Shown here: in pieces, positions 48,445-56,983 of the stretch | Layout: every line of letters starts with the position of its first letter | Position numbering within the stretch: the stretch's first letter is position 1 | NCBI GenBank assembly: GCA_048941285.1 | Contig: JBHLNS010000011.1 | Span: 9,250 to 73,249, forward strand | Direction: 5' to 3' | From: Promethearchaeota archaeon | Lineage (GTDB): Archaea; Asgardarchaeota; Lokiarchaeia; Sigyniarchaeales; SOKP01 | Length of the DNA stretch: 64,000 bases | Translations under genes and position numbers: made by a program | Notes under the pieces: model-generated | Database searches by the model: none | What the model saw: only the letters and a program-made list of their open reading frames with translations | Told to the model about the DNA's origin: nothing

Positions 48445-50097
48445 TCACTCAATTTTATTCAATTTTTTAATTCCCAAGTAAATCATTAATGAAGCTATTA
48501 TCCCAGATATTCCTAGATTGAATAATAAGATATAGATTATGCCAATTGAAGCTGCGTTGGAAGAGGATAAATTTGGCATAACAATAAAAAGGGTTAAAAG
48601 CAATGAGAAAACTTGAACTATAAGAATAAGATAAATATGAAAAAAAATATCTTTACCTCGTTCCTCAAATAAAGGTTTAATACACTGAATTGCTATTGCT
48701 TGTAAAAGAATTTCTCCACTATATATCATAAACGCAAGGAAAAAAACTAAAATTAATATGAAATTAATTTGAAAAAGAAAAGCGAAAAATATTGATAAAC
48801 CTATATCCAAGATGATTATTAATACAAATAATACATATAAATAAGAAAACACTAGAGAATTGATTCCTCGAGGGGATTTCTTATAAATAAAAAGTAATTC
48901 TTTTGATTGAATGAGAATTGAAATTCCTATTAAAATACTAAAAATCAGGGCGCCTATCCAAGCTATTACCAATACTAACAAAAGCTTATGTTGAAGGATT
49001 TCTAAAATCAAACTTATACCTAATGGATTATCTTCAAGAATTATAGTAGATTGATTTAATGAAGCAGATAGAAAAACACCAACAAATCCGATAAAAACAG
49101 TACTATAAATTAGTTTAGCATAATTCTCCTTTTTTCTTAGAAAATCTTTAAAATGAATAGTCACCAATCCTTTCCATTTACTGGGAGTAATTATTGATAT
49201 AAAATGGTAAAATTTTTTTTCTTTATTGATGATTTTAGATTTCTTTTCAATAGATCTCTCTAAATTATAAAAAATATTAGCTTTTTTATAAGAAATATAG
49301 AACAATAATAGAGGGATAATAATTGCAAGGCCGAGATTTAGCCAGATATTTAGAATATATGGAGATACTAAAGTGGGGTTTATAATATATAAGGTTATAT
49401 TAGAATACCAATAAGATGGAAAAAATAACATCCAAATCTTGAAATTTGGATAATTTGAGATAAATTCAAATAGAAAATGGAAAATATAAAAAATGGAGAT
49501 TACGATAAAAGATAAAATTACAAATACCCAGTTATTGAGCTCTCGTACTTTTTTACTTTTATATATCCTGTTTTCAATCCAATTAGATAAAATTGTACCC
49601 ACTAATAGGGCAAACATCGAGAGTGTGAAAGTAATAACATAAAATCCTATATAATGAAAGAAACCTATTTCAGAGTTTATCTGTCTCAACAAGCTTGTAC
49701 CTAATGGACCAATTCCTAATAAAAATAAGAAATAAAAAGGTAATTGACCAATAAATTCCCCAGTGAAAAAATCTCCCGGTTTTATTGGGGAAGCAATGAT
49801 AGTATCTTTTATACCAATTTCACTTTTTCTATATAAAATGAATAAGGGATAGATTGTATACATTACAAATAGCATCATAAATGAATATTCTAAAATGAGA
49901 CTTATTAGTACTTCAAATTGGGTAGTGTAAAGCTTTAAAAGCTCAGGTAATATCTCATCGAATATTATAGGGCCAATAAAAGCTGCCCAAAGTATCAAAA
50001 TTGTATAAATTAAAATAAAGAATAATCTACGATTTCTTCTTACTCGAAAAGTCTTTAAGCGAATCTCATTTTTTGCTATAATTTTCCAAAGACTCAT
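48445..50097 (-). CDS. Large ABC-exporter-type permease (about 12 TM)
   Basis: KIIAKNEIR, ASPIKPGDFFTGEF, FPSYW, YKKSPRG; two-fold internal pattern. Confidence 0.7.
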   Translation of the reverse strand: MSLWKIIAKNEIRLKTFRVRRNRRLFFILIYTILILWAAFIGPIIFDEILPELLKLYTTQFEVLISLILEYSFMMLFVMYTIYPLFILYRKSEIGIKDTIIASPIKPGDFFTGEFIGQLPFYFLFLLGIGPLGTSLLRQINSEIGFFHYIGFYVITFTLSMFALLVGTILSNWIENRIYKSKKVRELNNWVFVILSFIVISIFYIFHFLFEFISNYPNFKIWMLFFPSYWYSNITLYIINPTLVSPYILNIWLNLGLAIIIPLLLFYISYKKANIFYNLERSIEKKSKIINKEKKFYHFISIITPSKWKGLVTIHFKDFLRKKENYAKLIYSTVFIGFVGVFLSASLNQSTIILEDNPLGISLILEILQHKLLLVLVIAWIGALIFSILIGISILIQSKELLFIYKKSPRGINSLVFSYLYVLFVLIIILDIGLSIFFAFLFQINFILILVFFLAFMIYSGEILLQAIAIQCIKPLFEERGKDIFFHIYLILIVQVFSLLLTLFIVMPNLSSSNAASIGIIYILLFNLGISGIIASLMIYLGIKKLNKIE

Positions 50098-50497
50098 TCA
50101 AAATTTTCTCTTTTTTGATTTTTCTATAATTTTAAATTAAATAATGATTAAGAATAATTTTTTTTAAATAAATTTGTCTAACAAGATGGGAATCGAATAA
50201 ATCAAATTTGCTTTGTTCAGTTTTATTTGAGAAATATTGTTTAAAACTACTTATTTAAGGAACTAAAACACAAAAAAGATAGTAATCCTTAATAACATTA
50301 GATTTTTATCAAAATAATAATAAAAATCAAATTATAAATTTCATAAATTTAGGTACAACTAAATATATAAATAAGAAAATATTTAGTAATCTTAAATAGA
50401 GATCGACAAATTTTAATTAAAATACCGCCTTAAAATATTAACAAAAGATGGCTCAAAATCAAATTTCTGAAACAATGGATTCTGATGAGGATGACAT

Positions 50498-51052
50498 ATG
50501 GAGAATCAAGACTCTAAAGGTAAAATTGTTAAGGAAACATTCCCATCAGAACTTATATCAATTATTGGAGATATCCTCGCAGGGATAATACTTTCTCTAT
50601 TAATTTTGCCATTTAATAGTTTTCCTGTTTTAATTTTAATGGTTCCAGCACTTCTCTCTCTAAGAGGTAATTTAAGTGGACCATTTATAGCAAGAACTTC
50701 TCGTGATTTGATTATAGGTGATTTTACTAAGAGAAACTGGATTGAAAACGTATTAGCGACTTATACTCTATCAATATTCACAGCGATATTCATAGGGATA
50801 TTTTCTATAATTCTAAATTTTATATTATTCAAGTTATTTATTCTCCCTATTGCGTATTTTGTTCTGATCCCTCTAATTTCAATTGTATTAACTTTATTTA
50901 TTTCTATCCCTTGCTCAACTGGTTTAAACTATTTAGCTTTCAGAAAAGGATTAAACCCAAATAACGTAGTAAATCCTATTATGACAGCAATTGATGATTT
51001 TTCTACCGTCTTTTGTTTCCTTTTAACCATTACAATGCTGGGGGTGCCTTAG
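50498..51052 (+). CDS. MgtE-family divalent cation transporter, membrane subunit 1
   Basis: VPALLSLRGN, GLNPNNVVNPIMTAIDD. Confidence 0.88.
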   Translation: MENQDSKGKIVKETFPSELISIIGDILAGIILSLLILPFNSFPVLILMVPALLSLRGNLSGPFIARTSRDLIIGDFTKRNWIENVLATYTLSIFTAIFIGIFSIILNFILFKLFILPIAYFVLIPLISIVLTLFISIPCSTGLNYLAFRKGLNPNNVVNPIMTAIDDFSTVFCFLLTITMLGVP

Positions 51053-51604
51053 ATGAAGTATTATAAGAAAATTTTCAAAGAATCAATCATTATTGTAATT
51101 ATTTCTTCTCTAATGGGTTTAATTTCTGGCTCACTTCTATCGTTTAATCAAGATCTATTATACACAATTCCTATGATGCTCTTAATAATTCCTGCATTAA
51201 ATTCTTTGATAGGTGATATGTCAACAGTTTTAGTCTCAAGATTAACTACACATCTTTATATTGGTACATTACCTCCAAAGATTCAAAAATCTAAAAGATT
51301 GATAGAAGATTTTTATGGTTTAATCATAACTCTATTATTAAGCTTGGCATCTCTACTGTTTATAGGATATTTTGTTGGCATAATTACAGGAATCAGAATT
51401 GTAAATCCTCTTTTAATGATTTTTATAATTTTTATTACAATTGTATTAATCTTTTTCATAATGTTCGTTACATTATTTTTAGGGGCTATATTCTTATTTA
51501 AGCGAGGTAAAGATCCTAACAATTTCCTAATTCCATTTGTTACCTCTTTAGCTGATTTTCTAACGCCTTTTTTCTTAATTCTATTTATAATAATATTTTT
51601 ATAG
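51053..51604 (+). CDS. MgtE-family divalent cation transporter, membrane subunit 2
   Basis: IPALNSLIGD, SRLTTHL, GKDPNNFLIPFVTSLAD. Confidence 0.88.
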   Translation: MKYYKKIFKESIIIVIISSLMGLISGSLLSFNQDLLYTIPMMLLIIPALNSLIGDMSTVLVSRLTTHLYIGTLPPKIQKSKRLIEDFYGLIITLLLSLASLLFIGYFVGIITGIRIVNPLLMIFIIFITIVLIFFIMFVTLFLGAIFLFKRGKDPNNFLIPFVTSLADFLTPFFLILFIIIFL

Positions 51605-51641
51605 CATCAAATTTATATGAAAAATGAGTGATTAAAACAAA

Positions 51642-52889
51642 ATGACTAAACCTAGTAAAAAATTTAAGTATAAACCCCTTTCCCTTAAAGATATAATACG
51701 GGAAATGAAACAAAACATTGATTTAATGATAGATCTAGCTTATAGTGCGATTAAATTTGGAAGTAAAGAACTTGCCGATGAAGCATATAAAATGGAACAG
51801 AGAGTTCATGAACTTACATTTCTTCTCAATTTTCAAATTATTCAAGCACATCCAAGTGGATTAGATGGAGCAAAAAAGCTAGAACCTATTGTAGTTATGG
51901 GATATGCTATTGATAAAATATCAGATGCTTTATCGGATATTGCAAGAGTTGTTTATATTAATACTGATATCTCCTATTTTTCTCAATTGTTTAGTGATAT
52001 TAGTTATGTGCCCGAACCGATAGTTAAAATAACTGTGAATAAAGGGTGTGAATTTATTGGGCAGGTTAGAAAAGATGTGCATTTTAGATCTAAACATGGA
52101 GTCGATTTAATTGCAATACGAAGAGGAGATAAATGGCTTTTTGAAAGAGACGTATCAGTATTGCAAGACGATATTTTAATTGTTAAGGGAGAGATTCAAC
52201 CAATTATAGACTTGAAAAAATTAGCAAATGATTTGGGACCTTTTTCATTTGATATTGAAGAAAAGGAGAAAGAACCGTTATTGGATCTGGAAAATATAGA
52301 AATTTGTGAAAAAGTTGAGGAAATTCAAAGAGATTATGTTTTAATAACAGATATTTCAGAAACTATGATTGAATTAGCATTAGCAGCATTATTCTTTAAT
52401 AATGAAGAGGTAGCAGAAGATGTATTAGAAATGGAGGAATTGATGGATGGCTTAAATATATCACTAGAAAAAGATCTTTTGGATTTAGCGAAACTGGTTG
52501 AAGCACCTCGAGATCTCACAGGAATAATGAGAATCGTTTTTAGTTGCGAATTAATAGCAGATGCGGCTGCTCATATTGCAGAAATAATCATTAAAGGATT
52601 TGAACCACATGAAGTTTTACAACAGGCTATTCGAGAAACTGCAGAAATAGTAGTACGGGAAACATTATCTGAAGATTCTTATTTTAAGGGAAAGACATAT
52701 AAAGAATTACAAGATAGAAGATATAAACGAGGATTTCATATTATTGCTCTAAAACGGGAAGATAAATGGATTTATCGATTTAAACAAGATTTCATTTTTG
52801 AAGTGAATGATTTACTAATAGGTTTAGGACCTGTCGAGACGGTTATGCAATGGAAGAGATGTGTGAATCCCGAAAAATATAAAGAATAA
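51642..52889 (+). CDS. Tandem (PhoU-like + TrkA-C) x2 regulatory protein
   Basis: LMIDLAYSA...DKISDA; IAIRRG; second repeat MIELALAA...IIALKRE. Confidence 0.85.
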   Translation: MTKPSKKFKYKPLSLKDIIREMKQNIDLMIDLAYSAIKFGSKELADEAYKMEQRVHELTFLLNFQIIQAHPSGLDGAKKLEPIVVMGYAIDKISDALSDIARVVYINTDISYFSQLFSDISYVPEPIVKITVNKGCEFIGQVRKDVHFRSKHGVDLIAIRRGDKWLFERDVSVLQDDILIVKGEIQPIIDLKKLANDLGPFSFDIEEKEKEPLLDLENIEICEKVEEIQRDYVLITDISETMIELALAALFFNNEEVAEDVLEMEELMDGLNISLEKDLLDLAKLVEAPRDLTGIMRIVFSCELIADAAAHIAEIIIKGFEPHEVLQQAIRETAEIVVRETLSEDSYFKGKTYKELQDRRYKRGFHIIALKREDKWIYRFKQDFIFEVNDLLIGLGPVETVMQWKRCVNPEKYKE

Positions 52890-52922
52890 ATAAAACAATA
52901 ATAAGGGCGTATAAATGAATTT

Positions 52923-53318
52923 ATGAATGAATTATTAGAAGTTAGGTATATTTCTGAGAAGAAGGGCAGAGGAGTTTTTGCGAAAAAGTATATTAAAAAA
53001 GATACGGTAATAGATATTGCCTATGTCGTCCCAATTCCAAATAAAGATTACAATAAGATTAGGAAAACAATTTTATATAATTATTGTTATATTTGGGAAG
53101 ATCCAGAACATATGCCTGCATTTCGAAATGCTATAACTCTTAGTATAAGTCAATTTATTAACCATTCATTTGAACCAAATGTTAAATATCTCTATGATTA
53201 TGAAAATAAAGCAATTGAATTTTCTGCTGTCAGAGATATATCAAAAGGAGAAGAAATTTTAGTAAATTATAACGGAATTGTAGAGGATAAAAGTCCTATG
53301 TGGTTTGAAGTAGAATAA
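52923..53318 (+). CDS. Minimal SET-domain methyltransferase, copy 1
   Basis: KGRGVFA, FINHSFEPN, DISKGEEILVNY. Confidence 0.92.
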   Translation: MNELLEVRYISEKKGRGVFAKKYIKKDTVIDIAYVVPIPNKDYNKIRKTILYNYCYIWEDPEHMPAFRNAITLSISQFINHSFEPNVKYLYDYENKAIEFSAVRDISKGEEILVNYNGIVEDKSPMWFEVE

Positions 53319-53422
53319 TTGATATTATAATACATACCCTTCATAGTTCATCTTTTTATTAAGAATCAAGAAAACATCTCAATTTAAATATTTAATTTGA
53401 TAATCTAATAATTATTCATAAG

Positions 53423-53830
53423 GTGAATTCTGCGAATAATTTATTAGAAGTTAAATTCATTTCTACAAAAAAAGGAAAAGGAGTTTTTGCTACAAGGAAT
53501 ATAGGAAAAGGACAGACAATCGAAGTTGCTCATATCATTCTTATTTCTAAAAATGATTGGGAATTAATTAAAGATACAGCCTTATCTAATTATTCCTTTG
53601 AATGGGATGATCCTAAATGTAAGGGTATATATGATTCTGCGATTTCATTCAGTATTAGTCAGTTCATAAATCATTCTTATAAACCTAATACTAAATATCG
53701 TTATAATCATGAAAATAATTTAATTGAATATATTACTATTCGAAAGATTTCTAAAGGAGAAGAAATTACTGTAAATTATAATGGAAATCCCTCCAATAAA
53801 TCCTCTGTATGGTTTGAGGTTGAAGAATGA
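53423..53830 (+). CDS. Minimal SET-domain methyltransferase, copy 2
   Basis: KGKGVFA, FINHSYKPN, KGEEITVNY. Confidence 0.92.
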   Translation: MNSANNLLEVKFISTKKGKGVFATRNIGKGQTIEVAHIILISKNDWELIKDTALSNYSFEWDDPKCKGIYDSAISFSISQFINHSYKPNTKYRYNHENNLIEYITIRKISKGEEITVNYNGNPSNKSSVWFEVEE

Positions 53831-54700
53831 TCATTTTTTCCTTAAAGATTTCAGTATTTTTAAATTCAAAATATCGTCTTTCATATCTTTACCTTTTGGA
53901 GTCTCTAGTATTCCGGGTATATCTTTAAATCTTTGATCATTGATAAAAAAACCAAATGGAATTTTTCCTATTTTTCCTTGACCAATATGGTTATGCCTAT
54001 CTACTCTTGACCCACATTCCTTATCGGTGTCATTTAAATGAAAAGCAAATAGATATTTTAAACCTATAGTATCATCAAATTCATCCCACATTACTTCATA
54101 TCCTTTCTTGGTGGTAAAATCATAACCTGCTGCGAAAGAATGAGCGGTGTCGAAACAAACACCAATCCGACTCTTGTTTTCTATTTTATCAATTATGGTT
54201 TTAAAATGATGAAATTTATTACCTAAACCCTTACCTTGACCCGCTGTTGTTTCAAGCAATATTATAGCTTTTGAAGACTGTGTTGCTTCTATCAGTTTGT
54301 TTAATTGTTCAGCAATTTGGGTAAATGCTTCTAATTTTGTAATTTCGTTTTTATCACTAACAGGGATTACTCCAGGGTGCATATTCTCATATTCTATTTG
54401 TAATTGATTTACTTTGATAAGCTCGTCTAGCATTGCTTCATATGATTTTTCTAATTTTTCTTTATCTAAACTTGCTAAATTTACTAAATAACTATTATGG
54501 GAAATTACTGGCCATATTTCATCTCTTAATTCTTCTTTTTTCTTTATAAATTCATCAATTTCTTCTTGCTTTAAAGCTCCAGAACTCCAACCACGCACAT
54601 TTCTAATAAAAACTTGAATTGCTTCACAGCCTAATTGTCTGCCAATCTCAAAAGCCATGTACTTACCTCCAGAAACGCTCATGTGAGCACCAATTCTCAA
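53831..54700 (-). CDS. nfo: Endonuclease IV (start re-called to the TTG at 54700, GGTGA SD upstream)
   Basis: IGAHMS, HNSYLVNLAS, MHPG, LETTAGQG, CFDTAH, HLND, DRH, ILETP. Confidence 0.95.
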   Translation of the reverse strand: MRIGAHMSVSGGKYMAFEIGRQLGCEAIQVFIRNVRGWSSGALKQEEIDEFIKKKEELRDEIWPVISHNSYLVNLASLDKEKLEKSYEAMLDELIKVNQLQIEYENMHPGVIPVSDKNEITKLEAFTQIAEQLNKLIEATQSSKAIILLETTAGQGKGLGNKFHHFKTIIDKIENKSRIGVCFDTAHSFAAGYDFTTKKGYEVMWDEFDDTIGLKYLFAFHLNDTDKECGSRVDRHNHIGQGKIGKIPFGFFINDQRFKDIPGILETPKGKDMKDDILNLKILKSLRKK

Positions 54701-54968
54701 TAAAATCACCAACTCAAATTTTATTATTTCAAATGTTAATCAAATTTCTATAAAAATTAAATAAATTTATATGCTCTCATATTTTAACTTGATTCTAAAG
54801 TTATTTATTGAAAAATTTTAGAATATTCCTTTAAATCTTATAAATCTCAAAAAACATAGTTAATTTCTCAATTAAAAAATGGACTACTAATGTTTTTAAT
54901 ATTTTTAATATAGAATTATATATAGAATTCTAAGAGGTGTTAATATCCTGGAGATTGATCAAAGTCAA

Positions 54969-55166
54969 GTGAAAGATGCATTAAGTTTTCTAGGATTTGT
55001 ATTTATAATATGTGGAGCTATTTATGGTTTTTTTAATATTTTTTTTTTTACAATACCTGGAAGTGATTTTTTTTATGTTATTGTTGAAATAATCTATGCT
55101 GCTATCTTTCCAGCATTAATCATTTCAGTCGGAGTCGCTCTTAAATTTATTTCAAATGCCCTATAA
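54969..55166 (+). CDS. Small two-TM membrane protein
   Basis: 65 aa hydrophobic ORF; GGAG SD upstream of GTG. Confidence 0.55.
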   Translation: MKDALSFLGFVFIICGAIYGFFNIFFFTIPGSDFFYVIVEIIYAAIFPALIISVGVALKFISNAL

Positions 55167-55279
55167 TAAAATTAAGTCTAACTACCTTTTTTTTTAACTT
55201 TTCTAATTCTATTAATTTGTCGCTCAAGTTTTCATTTAGTATTCTCTCTATATTATAAAATAATTTGTAAAAAGCTGAT

Positions 55280-55331
55280 CCATGTATTTGCCTTCAGACA
55301 CGCTCATATGTGCGCCAATTCTCAATAAAAT
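55280..55331 (-). pseudogene. Relic copy of the nfo 5' end
   Basis: 45/52 nt identical to 54655-54706; encodes ILLRIGAHMSVSEGKYM. Confidence 0.85.
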
Positions 55332-55454
55332 TTCTCATTGCCTTTGCTTTTTGACTAATATATATTATATATTATAATTTCTTTTTTAATGATTAATATT
55401 ATTTAGTTAATCCAACCTTAATTATTAAAAAAAAGATATAGGTTCAAATTAAAT

Positions 55455-56096
55455 ATGAATGAATTGTATCACCTCAAAATAAACGAGGATCAAATTGAAG
55501 TAGCAAGTGGAGTACTTAGTCGAGCTTTTCAAGATGATCCTTTATTTATTTATCTTTATCCAAATTCTCTTGAGCGAAAAAAAAATTGTTTTATTCACTG
55601 TGAACATCTGATTTTACTTGGAATTTTATCTGGTGAAGTATATATTACATCAAGTAAAATCGAAGGTGTTTCTGTCTGGCATCCTTCTGGAATACCAAAT
55701 GTGGTAATAGGAAGTCAATCAAAAGACATTATTAGAAAATTAAGAAAAATTAGAAGAGAATTATTTTCAGATCCTATATCCACAGAGAAATATAGTACTT
55801 TTAACGAGATTATTAATTCATTTCAAAATGTGAATGTGAACTTTCCTCATTGGTATTTAAGTTTTATTGGCGTAGATCCTATTAATCAGGGAAAAGGTTA
55901 CGGTAATATGTTATTAAAAACAAAACTTGCTGAAATTGATGGACAAAATTTAGATTGCTTTTTACATACTGAAAATGAAAAAAATATTCAAATTTATAAA
56001 CATTTTGGATTTGAGATTGTCGCTAAGTTAACTATTCCAAATTCTGAGCTTAATGCGTGGGCGATGGTTCGAAAAAAGAAAGGGGATCAAAAATAA
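55455..56096 (+). CDS. GNAT N-acetyltransferase (puromycin-acetyltransferase-like)
   Basis: RAFQDDP, HWYLSFIGVDPINQGKGYG, NIQIYKHFGF. Confidence 0.9.
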   Translation: MNELYHLKINEDQIEVASGVLSRAFQDDPLFIYLYPNSLERKKNCFIHCEHLILLGILSGEVYITSSKIEGVSVWHPSGIPNVVIGSQSKDIIRKLRKIRRELFSDPISTEKYSTFNEIINSFQNVNVNFPHWYLSFIGVDPINQGKGYGNMLLKTKLAEIDGQNLDCFLHTENEKNIQIYKHFGFEIVAKLTIPNSELNAWAMVRKKKGDQK

Positions 56097-56164
56097 GGCA
56101 ATTAAGTTACAAAAATTAAAAAGATGAAAAAAAAGAATATAATTAGGTATTCAATTACTCTAAT

Positions 56165-56248
56165 TTAACTACAACAACCACTTGATTCATTAGATTCCTT
56201 ATCTTCTTTTGTACTTTCGGTGCAACAATCTGGTTCTTTATCAGCCAT
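56165..56248 (-). CDS. 27-aa acidic peptide with two vicinal Cys-Cys pairs
   Basis: MADKEPDCCTESTKEDKESNESSGCCS*; AAGGAG SD 10 nt upstream; own BRE/TATA. Confidence 0.7.
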   Translation of the reverse strand: MADKEPDCCTESTKEDKESNESSGCCS

Positions 56249-56284
56249 AAGAATAAAACTCCTTTTTTAATTTTTAGTTAAATG

Positions 56285-56342
56285 ATAGTTAGGCACCTAG
56301 CTATTTAAAGGTTTCGTTCCTTATTATTTAGTTCCTAACTAT
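56285..56342 (-). promoter_or_regulatory. BRE-TATA promoter with overlapping palindromic operator and a second half-site
   Basis: Minus strand ACGAAACC-TTTAAATA; ATAGTTAGG-CA-CCTAGCTAT at 56285-56304; CCTAACTAT at 56334-56342. Confidence 0.7.
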
Positions 56343-56390
56343 TGTGAATAATGAATATTAAATAAAAAAATTGATTCTCGAAGGAAGATA

Positions 56391-56852
56391 TTACAATTTT
56401 AAAGAGTTTAATAATTTCTTTAATAATCCACCTAATGTCTCCATCTCTTTTTGATTGATTTCCGGGCAACAACCATTTACTATTGATTCTATAGGAGGTG
56501 TAGTATTTTTCAATTTTCTGCCTTTTTCCGTAAGTTTAACTAGAGTGCTTCGTCTATCTTTTGGATTTTGTTCTCTTGTTACTAAATTATGCTCTTCCAT
56601 GGTATCAATAACACCAGTAATCGTCGATCTTGAGCAATCGCATGAATCTGCTAGGTCTTTGAATTGCTGGCCATCAGCAATCCATAATTCTCTCAAAATT
56701 AAATGTTGGGTAGGTGTCAGATTTAACTCTTGAATATTATTACGCTGTAATTTTTCATATTTCTTATTAATTTTACTAATTATTTCAAATACATCTGCCA
56801 CATCTTCAGAAAGACACGGACTATCTTCACATTTATCAGAATTATCTGTCAT
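56391..56852 (-). CDS. Cys-rich MarR-family transcriptional regulator (start ATG at 56852)
   Basis: LTPTQ, SRSTIT, DRRS.LV.LTEKG; Cys in DKC...PC, SCDC and GCCP. Confidence 0.92.
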   Translation of the reverse strand: MTDNSDKCEDSPCLSEDVADVFEIISKINKKYEKLQRNNIQELNLTPTQHLILRELWIADGQQFKDLADSCDCSRSTITGVIDTMEEHNLVTREQNPKDRRSTLVKLTEKGRKLKNTTPPIESIVNGCCPEINQKEMETLGGLLKKLLNSLKL

Positions 56853-56983
56853 TAAAAACAATAAATTATTAGGTGTTTAATAGTTAATACCCTTATTAAT
56901 CATACAGTTATTATGTTATATTAAGTTTTCAATTCATAAATTGAAGAAAAATTCAGTTTTCTAATATTAGAAAATGAATTTAT

